DNA of 64,000 nucleotides from Camelus dromedarius (GCF_036321535.1 NC_087472.1:98582001-98646000); one strand, 5' to 3'; shown: positions 15,136 through 30,290, numbered from the stretch's first letter. A program made the numbers and translations. Notes: generated by a model not told the origin, from the sequence alone.

Positions 15136-16883
15136 AAAAAGAGAAACTGATGCATAAATAGTTACCATGAGTCACTTAAAACCTAAGTCAATTTCAGAGC
15201 AAAAACTGGAAACAAGATCCTCCAATCATCATTCTGTGTCATTTTTAATATTTTAGAATATTCCTGTGATGCAAAGATGTGCTTATATACTCTAATAATA
15301 TTTAAATATCATCAATCCATACAGATTTTATTAGTCCACTTGAAGTCTTTTAAAGACTTTCATATTTAATAGACTTGAGAATCTTCGCTCCGCAAAGAGT
15401 TACTTTTAACAAATTTATTTTTCATTAGAGACTAATTTCTATCCTTTTAGAATTGACCAACTGTAAATATAGGTCCAACTATCCAACAGATACTATATTC
15501 GTTAAGGTCACACTGCAGATATGGAGGCAGCATGAACATGTGAAGAGCGAGAAGCTGCCTGTCTACTGAAGCAGCAGCTTTATCCCACTGCCCAAATCCT
15601 CATCGTAGGGGACAAAAAACTTCAGTCAGGACAATCACTTTGTATAGTTTCTAGTAATGAGAACTTACTCATCATCAAAACTGTCAGAGTGTGGAAAGGC
15701 TGTGTTGATTACCATCATTCTGCGTTATTATTAACTTTACACCCAACACGATTAAGTTTTCAAACTTTCATTAACTTTTATTCACTTAGATAATGAACTC
15801 ATTGAAGAAACATCATAACTTTAATTATCAGTGTTCAGGAGTCTCTTCGAAATATCCCAGACTTCTCAGTTAATTCAAACCCAAAATTGAAATAATGTCT
15901 GCCTTAAGATTAGTCACTGAGAAAGATCAGACTTTTCACACTAGTCTTATCCTCAAAATACAGCCTTTTTTTTTGTTTCTTTTATGACTAGAACATGCAA
16001 AACCAAATTTAGTTAAAAGGTATAGCAGGAAATAATTACTCACGCTTAAGAGTTAGTGAGCTATAAGTAGAATATTTACAAGAAAACCCATTTTTCTCAA
16101 ATGAGGATTATTAATGAATAATCAATTATTTCAATTTCAACTTCATTAAAAAAAAAGCCATACCCTTTATTTGGTAGTGATAGAACAAAGTGGACCAAAT
16201 GAGACAAATAATAGTTCAAAATAAAAAAAAAAATATGATGTTCATTTTCTATGTAAGATTAAGAAAAATTGCCCTGGAAAATCTACCATAGGCACATAAT
16301 GTCACTGTCTTTCTCAGCCTAGAAAGGGATTCGTGAGGTTCATAGAACAAAAATTTTTATAAACTTATTTAGTTAAGTGCAATAGTTTTAAAACTTAAAC
16401 TACGGTCCTCTTATGGGAAATGAAGAGCCAATTCAGCTATTAAAATTTTTTTAAAATCGACATTTAAAATAAACCAGTCTGCCAGACATTTTAATGAACA
16501 AACCAATGTTAAAGTAGATGAATGCACGTGTGCTGTTACAAAACATACGTATTGGGTAATCTGATAATTTGTAAAACGACACTTAAAAATTGTATCAATA
16601 AAAGGTTGAATTTGTATGCACTGTCACTTTAATTTCTATTCCAAAATCATCCCAGTTCATGGGATAATATTATTCTGCACTTCTCCATAAAGAAATGCAC
16701 ATCTAACCTCATCCACCACCAATATTTCCTCATGTTCTTTTAAACTATACCTTACATTCCTTCAGATAATTAAGAAAAATAGGCATTCAGTTATTTTTTA
16801 AAAGGCTATTCAATTATTTTGTACAGAAACAAGCATTTCATTTCATTGGTATTCTTTTAAAGCTTTAGCCAATCTTTATATTA

Positions 16884-16988
<105 letters not shown>

Positions 16989-18343
16989 CTAAATTTAACA
17001 TAAAGGAAATGATAAAGAACATACGTTTTATCAGTCATTTCCTCTCTATGGAAACACTGTAGCAAGTCTAACTCTTTAAAATAGATCAAAAATTTATCAT
17101 CTTCAAGACATTAAACTAATGAAAACAGCTACTAAAATTTAATATACTGTTTGTATTCTATGTGTAACTAGAGACAGAAAGTAGAAATGCAAAACAACAT
17201 ATAGATGTTTATGTTATAAAAGACCAATATGTTTTTGAGAGCATTAAGGGAAAATGTAATTGGTATTAATCTTTGCAAACTTTATACAGACAACCCTCTT
17301 GGGCTCTACCACACAACTGGTTTAAAAATATATTTCAAAACAATCTTTTAAATTTTTATCTTTTTCATTTAATACAAATATTCATATTAATATCAGCAAA
17401 CAAATATTTTCAAGTACATGTTAATGATCAGCACCAAAGCTTAGCCAACCGATGATTAAATTGCTAATTTATTTCATCATTAATGTCATCAATCCTGAAT
17501 AAATGAGAAAAGCAAATTAAAAGATGGACAGCCATTAGTGCAAAGTTGCATTACACAACATTCTTTCTCTAAATGTCTAATTACAAGAGTATCTTACTTC
17601 TTATGTTTCATAAAGCGTAATATATTGGCAAACAAAACCACACTAAATAAATTAAAATGCCAACATTTCTACAGGATGTAACAATATTATGATTTTTTTC
17701 TTTATTTCCCAAAGTGATTAAAAACAAAAACAAACAAGCAACATTCACAAGTTTTATGAGGTGTTTAGGAAACTAAAATGAGATTTAAGATAGAAATTTT
17801 ATAATATTCTAGATATATATAATGAATTTAAAATATTATTCTTTATCTCCCCTCTAGTGACTACTGATTGACTATGCATATTATTACACATTTTAATAAT
17901 ATGCACACAGACTCTTGAATATACAAATTTGTTTTTACGAAAATTTTTTGTGCATTTTATGTGTGTTAATTTATCTATCAAATACAACTACAAATACTGC
18001 AATACTCTTCGTGAGTATCTACTGAAAGCTAAAGAAGAATGACATGTTGATGGAATCTGCAAACTAAAATGCTACTTTTAAGAATTGGAATAGGATTTAC
18101 TTTAAAAGTGATTTCCAGTTCCTTTAGTTTTTATTCATTTCCAGTTTCCAAAACAAAGAAGTCTTGAAACAATATTAACCTCAATTCAGCACATTTAAAA
18201 ATTCACAATAAAATTATTTGCCATAGGCTAGAATCCAAGATTAGATGATATTCCAGGGAATTCCAGCTACTAAAGTAATAACACAAGCATACTGTTAAGA
18301 AGGTAGTTCAGCTAGTATGTGAACTCAACCCTTAGAATGGTGT

Positions 18344-18367
18344 AACAACAACAACAACAACAACAAC
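18344..18367 (+). repeat. (AAC)8 microsatellite
   Basis: Read directly from the sequence. Confidence 0.95.
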
Positions 18368-18999
18368 AAAACCCCCAAGTATTTATTTCACAGCACCTAC
18401 CACATCAGACAAGTACCATGTAACATTTCTGAAAAGTTTGTAAATAGAGCTGTAACTATAGAGTCAGCCCCTGAGCTATATGGCTCACAACTGATCTTTT
18501 TAAAGGAGAGTATGAAAAAAAAAAAAAAAAATCAAGCCAATGGCCCTAAGTCACGATGTAAAAGAAAATGACAATTGGTATATAAAATTCAAAGAAACTG
18601 AAACAACTTTTTACACAGGTAAGTAAAACAGGGAATAAGTCACAGAAAGTATAGACTTTCAGTGTTAAAAGGGATCCTAGCGATATTTTATCCAAACCTC
18701 TTCACTTTACATAGAAGAAAACACGTTAGTGAGCAGCTTTAAGACTTAACATGTATCTCCTAATGATAAATGACTAAGGGTACCAAAAATAGTAAAACGT
18801 TTTCAAGAAAAAAGAATTAAATGATGACCTGTTAATATATAGTTCTTATCTGAACTATTCACAAATCAATCTTTCTTTGGTCACTCATCCATTTATCAAA
18901 TATTGAGTAATTAATATGAGAAAAATTAGTATGAGTTCAACTTTTTTTTATAGATTCCAGACAGTATATAGAGAGATGTATTCATATCCATTCAAGATA

Positions 19000-19230
19000 C
19001 AGTTAGTTCAAAATCACCATTTCCGTGATTCCTTCTCTGATTTCATTTGGCAGCATTTACTATTTTTTCCTTTGTCCATCTATGCAAATTTCACTACCTA
19101 TTTACACAAATAAACCCCTATTTGTACTCCTTAGGGGCAGCAAGCCATTTTAATTAAAAAATTCTTTCAATACCTAGCCCTAACCCTGGAACACAGCAGA
19201 CATGAAGCAGAGGTTTGTTAAATGAATGAT
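19000..19230 (+). mobile_element. L2 3' end
   Basis: cctagccctaaccctggaacacagcagac...tttgttaaatgaatga. Confidence 0.65.
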
Positions 19231-19809
19231 CAGAGGAATGTACATATAAAAGAGAATGATCAATCAGTGACGAGAGTATAGTTTACAGTACCTCACTTCA
19301 TTTAAAAATGTTAAATAATTGGCAATATGCATGTAACCAATATTCTTGATCCCATATAAGTCTCATATTTAATACCAAATGTGAAGCTAGTACATGAATC
19401 CAATGTAATACATATTATGTTTCACCCTTCACAAGAAACCAAGAGAAGCAGAGGGGAAAAAAAAATCAATAAATGATTAAAGCAAAATAGGTGAATTAGA
19501 TGAAGAGAATGTCAACTTTTTAAAAAGAAAAGCTGGTAAAATGTTGAGATCAATAATAGCTCGAGAGTAACTGATTCCACCTTAGTCTTCTTTGAAGGAA
19601 CACAGCATAAACATGTAATTTGTCAGAATTTCTAAAAGAAAAAATTCAAAGCACAGCACTTGCTTAAGAGAGTGGGGTAGAAATCTGGGACAACCAAATG
19701 CAAGAATAATGACTTAATATGAAATTCAAATCTATTATACGGATTCTATTAATGTCTAACACAATCACTTCCCATTTTTGTAGCTCTTTATAGCATAGTC
19801 TTTCATATT

Positions 19810-19960
19810 TACTAGCTTATTTGATTTTCACAACAACCTAATGAGGTATATAGTGCAGATGATATATTATCTTCAATTTATAGTTGAGGAAATTAAAGCA
19901 ATGAGAGGGCAAATGAGTGGCCAAAAAATTACACTGCCATTAAGATGCAGAATAGGTTAT
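19810..19960 (-). mobile_element. MIR SINE
   Basis: tcacaacaacctaatgaggta...ttatagttgaggaaattaaagc. Confidence 0.7.
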
Positions 19961-19982
19961 AGGGACTCTGACCCACTGCTTG

Positions 19983-20164
19983 CAGTGGTTCTCAAACTGA
20001 AGCATGTCTCAGAATCATCTGTTAAAACAGAATCTCTTATTAAGAAATAGGCTGATCTCCAGAGTTCTGATTCAGTAAGTCTGGGGTGGGGCATCTCTGA
20101 ACACATTCCCAAGGGAGGCTGATGCTGCTGGTCCAGGTAGGGACCTTACTGTGAAAACACGTTG
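19983..20164. mobile_element. MER5A-like element
   Basis: cagtggttctcaaact...agagttctgattcagtaagtctggggtgggg...gctgatgctgctggtcc. Confidence 0.8.
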
Positions 20165-20526
20165 ATCTATTTATCATGCTGCCACTCCACTGAATTAAGC
20201 TGAATTATACTTCAAGTATTCCAAAAGCCTAACTCATCTGATGTTTTTATCTTGTGTGAGTTAAGTTTCTTAACAGAACTAAACTATTTGACAGATGGAA
20301 GTATATTATTTTAGATGTCACAATAACTTGTCATGAATCAGAAAATACTTAACAAAGATGAGTCTCTGCCTACAAACAGAAAACATCTGACTTACTTCAG
20401 GTAAACAGCTATTCTAAACTAACTAAAATGACTGAAATTCTCCCCAAACTAGTACTTACTACCTCAGTATGTCTTTTTAGTTTTATCTCCCAATCTGTTC
20501 ATGTCCTCAGAAGTCAACCTCAATTA

Positions 20527-20658
<132 letters not shown>

Positions 20659-22459
20659 CTAAGAAAAAAGACAGCATCAGAAAAACAAGTGAAGCAAACT
20701 GAAATATTTTCAAGTTTATTGTAATTTCATTTACAAAAAAAATTGTCCTATCAAATTAAAATTGCCCCAGGGATGATTCCATGATCCAGTAAGGCTGTCT
20801 TTAAACTGGTAAGTTCCTACCTGAATGTTTGGTTTCTAAAGTTTGCCTAAAGAAGCCTGTACTCAGCTTAACCAAATACTCGATAAGTTGATAATTGCCT
20901 ATGAAACTTATAAAATGCAGCATGGCAATTCAATATCCTGAAGAAAGAACACATCTCACTCCCCTCGAAATCCATACCATATGTTCTATGACAAAATGAA
21001 AGTTACAAAGGGAAATTCAAATACTGGGATGTTATTAGCTTATTATAATTGATAGATATTGCTCAATAAAAAGTAGGTTACTACAGAACCACTTTAACTG
21101 CTGGAGACAGAAGAATGACAAAATACTGTTTATAAAAACCTTTTTTCTTCTGCTCTTTCGTGGTATCTTACATTTTCTATTTCTTATTGATAAAAGTTTT
21201 AATAATTACATCCAATCATCTCTATATCAATAATTAAGATGTAATGCATGGCAAATCTTCCTCCGAATAAAGAGGGTGAGATTCCATTTTCCATTTAAAT
21301 AAAGCCCTTTTAGAAAAAGCTTTAAAGTTTAAAGATTATCCAGAAATCTTCAAACTGTGCAAGCTTTAAGAGCAAATGAAAGCTTTAAATTATGCATAGG
21401 GACAGGACCTTAAAAAAAAATCACAAGAAAATGTTCACATTTTGAATACTGAAATATTTTCATTTAAGTAAATCAGAAAAAAATAAATGATTCAGTGAAG
21501 GCCTTTTTTCCTTGTGTGAGGAGAATTCTGTTACTTTAAATTCTCTTTGGGGAAAAAAAATCAGAGTTTTACTTCAAAAGTGCTTTGCATTTCAAAATAC
21601 TGATTTTAAAAATTAAAAAATACTAATTTTAACAAATGTGAAGTCTAAAGTATAAGGGACTTAACAATAACTAACAACAGCATTTCAGAAAAAGCATTCA
21701 TTGAAGCAATTACGTAAAGTAGACAACTACTATGCTAATTTCCCATACCTTTATGTCAATTATAAATTTAGACACTTGAATGTACATGTGTTTTCGTTGA
21801 AAATAAGTAAGAAAAACAAGAAGCAGTAAATTCATAGTATGGAACTATTAAGAAGTCATTGGGTAGGTTTTAATTCTGAAAAGTCATTTCAATAATGTCA
21901 TATGTCTAAGATGTTGGCATTAGTTCCAAAAATGGCCGAACCTGGGTCTCTAGTGTGAAACAAAATGAATGCAATTTTGAAAGATGTTCATTTATCTGTG
22001 AATTCTAGTTTCTTATATGAAAGTTCACCAGTTTATACAAAATACATAACTAATCTCAACAAAAGTACAAGTAGAATTAATTAAGAAATTGGCTAGTAGT
22101 TCTTGGCTATAAACATGTGGTAATATTCAACTATATACTGGTGACAACTATATAAAATAGTTTTGAGGTTAATATTTATCACATTATTTATTGAAAGATA
22201 ATATAATGGTGCTACTATAGAACCTAGAAGAGGACAAGATCCTTGCAATCTTTTCCCCTACAGGAATTAACAAAATGACATCAAATTAATAAAGGATTTT
22301 CAAGTACATTTGTAAGAGCTAAACATTAAATTTTGTTTTAGTTGGTTTACATAGAAGGATTATGAGAGGATTAAGTGGAAAAGGCCAAAGAAAGAAGCAA
22401 TATATATTGCTTGGACACACAAAACAATCATCACTCATCATTATTTATCACCATCATCA

Positions 22460-22670
22460 CTAACATCTACTTGATAAAATGTGCTAGGGACAGTCATAAG
22501 TGTTTAACATTTATTTCACAGTAGTCTATGCGACATAAACTATCATTACCTCTGCCTTAGAAGTAAGGAAACTAAAGTACAGAGAGGCAGGGCAGTTGGC
22601 TCAAGGTGAAGCCAGGTTTCAAGACCAGGCAATCTCACTCCCGACCACACTCTCAACCACCAGGCTCCTA
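22460..22670 (-). mobile_element. MIR SINE
   Basis: aaggaaactaaagtacagagagg...ggctcaaggt...agccaggtttcaagaccaggcaatct. Confidence 0.75.
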
Positions 22671-22834
22671 ATTTACAGATTTATTGATAGTTAGGAAAGT
22701 TGTACACTTTCACTTTTCTTATTAGAACATATTTGGCAACTGTAGATATTGAGTCAAAACAGTCACTGTTTAACATCTATTCTAAAAAGACTAAGACCTC
22801 TCTAGCACACATACACTCTGTGTAATGTGAGAGT

Positions 22835-23036
22835 TCAAGATTTGCAGATACTAATATATATGCAATAGATAAACAACAAGTTCATACTGTATAGCACAGG
22901 GTACTATATTCAATATCTTGTAGTAACTTACGGTGAAAAAGAATATGAAAATGAATATAGCTATGTTCATGTATGACTGTAGCATTATGCTGTACACCAG
23001 AAATTGACACAACCCTGTAAACTGACCATACTTCAA
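22835..23036 (+). mobile_element. 5'-truncated L1 3'UTR end (young family)
   Basis: gataaacaacaag...ctgtatagcacaggg...tatattcaatatcttgtagtaac...gaaattgacacaac...taaactgac; similar to the 3' end of the 38713 element. Confidence 0.85.

Positions 23037-23068
<32 letters not shown>
23037..23068 (+). repeat. (ATCT)8 microsatellite
   Basis: Read directly from the sequence. Confidence 0.95.
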
Positions 23069-23069
<1 letters not shown>

Positions 23070-25507
23070 CACACAAAAAAGAGTAACTGGATTCGATATT
23101 CTATAAATTTATTTTAATCACCCATTTTTTCTGACAACTCTAAGCAGAAGTTTATTATATTTGTCTCCACACTTCTTTCAACACTGCATTACTGATTATG
23201 AATTAAAGTGTTTGACAAGAGCTCTACATCGTTTCATAAATGATCAGGTCATAGAGAAAGTCTAGTAACCTAAGTAAGATAAATGTTTGGAAAAGACATT
23301 ATAGTCATTGGGATAATAGGAAATCATGGAGATAATCTAGTTATAACTTAGGAAATAAAATTTGTATGTAATTATTGCACATACCAGGAACTTTAAGTGG
23401 CAATTGTAAGCTAAAGCAAGTATCTAATAGTTATAGGAAGAGGATTTCATCATTATTTATATATAATTAAATGTTATATAATTTATGTTTAATCTAATTT
23501 TTTTCAGATGGATAAAAATATAAATGCTTAAAGAAGGATCTTAGCTATGTATACAGAGTTCAATTCTAGCAACTTCAAAGTTATGAGCAATAAAATAGAA
23601 ATAAAGCACATTTTTAAATGCCCCAGAGAATGAAGATATTTTGTTTTATGCAATATTTCTGTTTCTAACCTAAATAAACCATTTGTTGTAATTGCTTTTA
23701 ATAATCAAGACTGACTTCTTCATCCTTCTCATCTCCCTCTTGCAGTACTAATGAGAAAAATGGCCAAAAGTCAGGCACCAAAAGAAAGTAAGAGAAGAAA
23801 CAAGTTGCTTGAATGAATTTCAAATTAATCATCTTCTGAATAACGAACAGACCACAGAAATACATCTCATCACCTGGTCGCCTCTGAGAAATGGTCAAAC
23901 AGCAGGAGGACATGTAATTCAAATGGCTCTTTTTTCTGGCACTGAACAAATGTGGTCTTCCATTTCATCAAAATTTTCATTCTTCTTTCATTTTTTTTAA
24001 ACCAATTAATTAATTCTGGAGCTGACTCTAACAGCTCCCTCTCTTTAGCTCAGCTTGCCAAAATAACATTTGCTTCACTGTTTCAAAAGTCAGTTAACCA
24101 TCCGGAGCCAAAGCAACCTCATAGTCAAGTCAATGGAATAAGGCATAATTGGAGATAGTCCAAGTGCCTAAAGAGCAGAAGAACTCTGAGGCAAAGAGGC
24201 TTCCCCAAGGATGACCCCCAAGCCCTTTCCTCTCTTTTCAACCCATCTCTTGGCTCTGATCTAGTTCTGATATGTTCCAGTAGCTCTCATTTTCCTTCCT
24301 TTAATTTTCTGCCAATTATTGCTATTTAAAAGCATTTTAGACTAGTTTGATATGTTTTAACCATTACTAAGCATGTTTCCCATCATTCCTTATAATGCCC
24401 AGGACTCAAAAATAAGAAGTCCTAGGAGATAGGACTAATTAGGTAGAAAGCTGATGAACGATCTATCCAGCCTATTAGTGCAAGAACAAAACAGTTACTA
24501 TTTACCTATGAGAGACATTCTGTTTTGAAACAGGCAGAAGAGCTTCTGCAGATGTTTTAAGCTGATTAAACTTCATTAAAGCTTGGTACTCTCCCACCTC
24601 TTTCTATTTCTTTCCTTCATTTAGACACTTCCTATGGCTAAGCACATGTTAAATGTTACCAAAATCCTCAAATCTATTTCAAATGTGACTGACGAAACTT
24701 ACTTAAAAGTGGCTGGTTTTTACAATGATACCTTGAGTAAGTCACATAAAAATTCTACTTGGTTATCTCCTCTTTAAAATGAATCACAAGAAATAGTTTT
24801 ATAATTAACTCTTTTTATTAATATTCAATATGCTAGGTTTTTCTTTCCCTCTCTTGGAAATACTTTCCCAATGAAGTGCTGACGATTGTTCTTTAGAATG
24901 GATTTTTCTAAGTAGTTCCAGTTTTAAAGTAATCCCCCTAAACTTCTCATATGTCACATTACCAATTTCAAGTTTAAATGTGGGATAATGGAACAAGCTT
25001 TCATAAGATGTACCTCATTTAGATTTACCTGGATTTAAACCCTGCCTCTACTGTGTATTTACCTGTATGTCATACAGGGCAAATTGGTGAAGATGTGTAA
25101 TTCCATTTTCTCATGTGCAAAATGAGAAAATTAATACCTACTCTATAGAGCTGTGAGGATGATACCTGGCAAATGGTAGGCACTTCCTTTCTTTTCTCTT
25201 GAAGTTCTTTCCCATACTAACTGAATCTGGTTCTTAGCATTTTAAGTTCATGACTATTCCAAAGAGCAGACTCGGATCTACTTCCCTGGAATTAAAAAAA
25301 TAAAAGACCTGTCCAGGGTTATCCCTTCATTAAGAAAAACACCACCACCAAGACTTCATCCAGTCCGTTAATTAGCACTGTGTTGACTCACTTCACATGG
25401 TTATTTTTTCCCATGATTTCAGTGGCAATTAGAGGGAAAAAATCAGGCTCTTTTCTCAGAACAATACCATTCTTAGAACCACAAACTTATAGAGCTAGAG
25501 GAAACTA

Positions 25508-25545
25508 TAGAGAGGAACTAGTCCACTAGAGAGGAACTAGTCCAC
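25508..25545. repeat. Perfect 19-bp tandem duplication TAGAGAGGAACTAGTCCAC x2
   Basis: Read directly from the sequence. Confidence 0.95.
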
Positions 25546-26972
25546 TCCTTCCTGCCCCCAAAATTCTGCAGATGAAATATCAAGGCCAAGGAGGTTAAAT
25601 TTACTCCATCACCTCCAGATCACACTCACAGCTATATTTTATGTAAGTGATTTGCATCCAGGTTTTCTGACTTCTATCTAGTCTAATATAATACATTAGT
25701 TCATAATTTCCCATTCTACAAATCATGCTTAGAGAGCTTTCTTTCCTTCAGAACTAATGAAAGGGTAGATATAGAAAGGAAAATCTTTAATAGGTGGAAA
25801 GATGTTTTAAATAAAACTGTACTTTGTAAAGTTAACAAAAAAAGAATACTAAGAATGTAAAATCATCATTATTACTTCAAGTAACTTTATAAATGTTAGA
25901 AATAAGATTTTAAAACTAATCAAAGTTAGATATAACACATAGGTTACAATGACAACATACTTTGGCTATGTCTTAGATGCTGGTTTCCATCTTCCCAGGA
26001 AAACATGGATAAAAGCCACAAAAGCACGAGGAGCTATGGTTACCCAAAAGTAAGTTGCTACATATCAGGAGAAAAGTCACTCTATAGGACACATGGCTTT
26101 AAACTAAAAAAAATCACTGGTAATCAATGAAGGCTTTCCCCTCGGATACAGTTATATAGATATACATATACAACTGAAGAAGAAAACCCACGTAAGAATT
26201 TACCTGCTTAGAGAGCTTTAAGAATATATTATCTGAATTAAATTGTTAACACTAGTTTCCAAGATTGCTATTTCCTAAAATATCATTAATAGTATCCTTA
26301 GAAAATTCATCTATAAGGAGAAAGTAGAAACACCGTAGAACCAAACTAACATGTAACAGTTGTGTAGTAGGTAAGGTATTTTCTAGCCATTTTCTTGGTT
26401 TTTTTGTTTCTCCCTCATTAATATTAATATTATATGCTTTCTTTTTAGAGGCTTATTAAAGAAAAAGTTCTCCCTTGGGTTAAATTTAGAACCAATGCAA
26501 TTTTTAATCAGGTGAACAAAATACAGAAAATGATTATCTTTATTATTACATAATAAAAAATACATCTCATAGATGTTAGCCTTGTTTTGGCAATAGCCAT
26601 CTGCTTACTCACCCTTAAAAGAAAGAATGGATGAGAGTTATAAAGAATATTGAGTTTGTTTAGCTTACACAACCTAAGGGAAGAGAGACCTAGTAAAATT
26701 GCAACAAATAAAAGCATAATAAACAAAACAACAATTTGCATGGGTAAGGTAACACTATGGTTCTTAATTTAAACTTCCTTTAAACCTAAGGAACTTTGGT
26801 AGGGGGTGAAAAATATAATTAAAGCGAATTTATTTATCAAAGTAAATAGGATAATTCAGAAATCACCATTTAAACTTCTCTTTCATTTATCTCTACAAAA
26901 TTTCTTATAATGACTAACTCCCATTACCTTAATTCCTCTAGAAAAATATACCAAAACATTCAAACTTTATTA

Positions 26973-27239
<267 letters not shown>

Positions 27240-27639
27240 TTATTATAACATTTTTTTACAAGGAAAAATAAAAGAAACAGTAGAAGACAGTAGTTGGCAT
27301 TTTATTCTATACAATCTGTATTAAAAAGGTATTCAGGTTAAACAACACACCTATATTCTAAATTATGGATATAAGAACTATGCAGCAAAATATTCAAGGA
27401 AGTTATGGTTATGTTTTGTTTCCATTATTTGATTCATCTGACCTAAAATAAAATGATTGTTTCTAAACAATCTTAATAATCTGAGAACTTATTGATAACA
27501 ACTACTGGATGGAAGTGAATTCAATAATTTAGAAAATGTTGATGGTTTTTACTTCATAATTAGAAAAGTCAAAAAGAAAATTCCAACCAAAGTCCAGGGA
27601 AGATGAATCTCCCAAATCTGCTTGGTGGACTCCTTCTAC

Positions 27640-27895
27640 TTATTTGTCTACTTTTTCCTGCTCAAGGTTACCTTTATATAAAGTTTGCCCCCTCCTCCAG
27701 GCAAAGTCTGGCACTTCCTCAATCCTGCTTTCTTAGTATTCTAGGAACAGTCTAAAATTGCATGATAACTCCATTCTAAAACCCTCTAAGGCATATACTA
27801 TGTCCTACTCATCTGACTTGTCTTCCTGCCCTATCCATAACAGACAAATCCTAACACATATAAGGTACTCAATAAATATAAGCTGAATAAACTGA
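27640..27895 (+). mobile_element. L2 3' end
   Basis: cctaacacatataaggtactcaataaatataagctgaataaa. Confidence 0.6.
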
Positions 27896-28519
27896 AGAGC
27901 AAATGACCTGTAACAATTAGTAGATTGGCTTGACTGTGGACAGAAAGCTAGTGCTTATAGTTAGGACAAATCTATTCATGCTGATAGAGAGTAATAGATT
28001 TTAAATGTACGTTATATCCAGAATGGTATGGTTAAGTCTTGGACATGGTAAAATCATGAATAAATAAGAACACAGGTGAATGAAGCTTGGAATATAGTGT
28101 TCTAAAATGTTCTGGCCCTTGGATGCTTCATAGACTTAATATATTTACTGAAGCCTGATTGTTCACCATTTGAGACTGTTTTATTATATTTTTATTTATT
28201 TATTGCCTTTACTGTAAGAGGACCCACAATTTTGCAGCACTCAGGGTGTGACCTTCTATCCATCTCCAACATGTTACATTCGTTCTGTGACCACTGCATC
28301 ACTCTACTGTAAGGGAGATAGTTCCCTCCGCCTGCTCAGGATAATGACTTTATTTGCTACATTTCATAAATTGTCTACAGCCTCAGTCTGTGCTGGGTTC
28401 AGCTTCCTTACTCCACAGAAACTGACAGGCTAAATTTCTCTCCCTCATTGCAGTCCTGCTTTTTGCATCTGCTTCTCAAGGCTGCACTTTTATTGTGGCT
28501 ATCAGCATCTACGGACTGA

Positions 28520-28760
28520 TAGTGGCCAGCATGGAAAGAACATGGGCTTGGTACGAAGAGATTTAGGCAATCCCCACACTGCCAGTTACCTCCTGTGTGA
28601 CTGTGAACAAGTCATTTTATATCCTTGGGGTTCAGTTTACTTATGTAGAAAATGGGGTAATAAAATCACTTCATATCGCTTACATGACAGATCAGGATAA
28701 CGTATAAAAAAAGAGCCTAATATGGATCCTGTCCAAAGAAGACACTAAATAAATGCTTAT
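28520..28760 (+). mobile_element. MIR SINE
   Basis: ggaaagaacatgggcttgg...ctgtgtgactgtgaacaagtca...tcagtttacttatgtagaaaatggggtaataa. Confidence 0.8.
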
Positions 28761-29028
28761 TCTCTCCCTGTTGCTTTCTCGACCCTTATAGGGTTCACCT
28801 CCCATTCATGGGATGAATTATCTCATTATTCTTAGTTCCATGGCCTTGTTGACCATCTTACAATGACCAGTAATCACACTGCTTGGTCATGATGGACAGT
28901 TCACAGCTGTACTCTCTCTGATGTTCAAGTTTCAATGTTCTCAAGAGATATAATGAAGGCATTTACCCTGAAGAGCTGCTAAGCAAAGTGCCAACAGGAA
29001 GACCACCTCTTAAAAATAGAGAACCCCA

Positions 29029-29189
29029 CAGGGCCGGCTTCATGGACGTGTGACCTGTGTAATCGCACAAGGGCGTGCATTTAGTATTATATTCTGCTGT
29101 TGACATTTTGGAATTCTCAACTGTTTTTGAACAAGGGGCTCGATGTTTTCATTTTGCATTGGGTCTCACATACTATGGAGCCCATCCTG
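29029..29189 (+). mobile_element. MER45A-like hAT-Tip100 DNA element
   Basis: Ends cagggccggcttcatgg...agcccatcctg; internal tttttgaacaagggg...ttttcattttgca; 8-bp TSD GAACCCCA/GGACCCCA. Confidence 0.82.
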
Positions 29190-30139
29190 GGACCCCACTT
29201 TCTCTCTCTGTGTTATTTTAAATTCTTCTTGAAAATATTCATCAGCAGCCATGGGGAAAAGGATACAATGGAAGCACTTAACATATAAAAACTGGCTGCA
29301 GTTCAAACTGCTGCTGCTTGACAGGAAGAAAAACAACTTGGAGTAGATTTAAATCTTTTTCAGATTCCTTTCCTTCCATATGTGGTTACATTTTCATTCT
29401 TATTTTCTCTTTGTCTCAAGGGGAAAGATAACATTGTTAATTCTGAAGGGTTTCTATATAGGATACTTTAATTGCATTATAATCTGAAAGTTAGGAACTC
29501 AGTATGCTAAAAGGAACACTTTGTGGTTTCTACAAATTGAAGCATATTTCAAGAGTCCAATGTATAAATCAATAGGAAGGTAATGGATAAAAATGGGCCA
29601 ACATGTGTGCAAGACAACACTCGTGCCCTCATGTAACACACTGGTAATGAGCAATAGTAGCTCTCCTATTCAAGCACTGGCAGCACTTAGAAGTGGAGAA
29701 AGAGGAAAGGCAGAAATACTAGACTGTAAAAGTTTTAACAAAAAAGAAAACACCAATTAAATCCACCGTATTAAGTTGAAAATCATTTTTTCGGATTCCT
29801 CTTCTTAAGTAATTTTGTTTGCCAAATGCCTCCTATGTGCTAGATCTGCTGGGAATATGAGATGAGCAAAACATTGACTTTACCAGCAAAGCTATCAGGA
29901 TTTAATAGATTAAAAATCTTGGAAAAAATAATAGAAAGACTGCTGCCTGTTTTATATAATATATTTAACATGTTCTTGTAAAAAGTGAATTTGTTCATTC
30001 AGTGAAATCGTGGTATTATGCTGTTATCATTTTAAAACACTGTATTATTTATTGCTACCTAGTAGTGTATCCCAGAAAAAGATTAACTATATTGTAGCAT
30101 AGCAAGAAAAATACATTCTTTATTATTATAAGTTAACAA

Positions 30140-30290
30140 CAATATTATAGAGTACGTACTCATGTGTCTGGCACTACGCTAAATACTTCATTATTTCATG
30201 TATCCTTCTAACAACTTCCTGAAGTAGTTATTACTACAGCCAATTTACCAGATGAGAAAACAAGGCTAAATAAATAGATCAAGGTCATTG
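30140..30290 (-). mobile_element. MIR SINE
   Basis: gtgtctggcactacgctaaatactt...aacaacttcctgaagtag...cagatgagaaaacaaggct. Confidence 0.7.
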
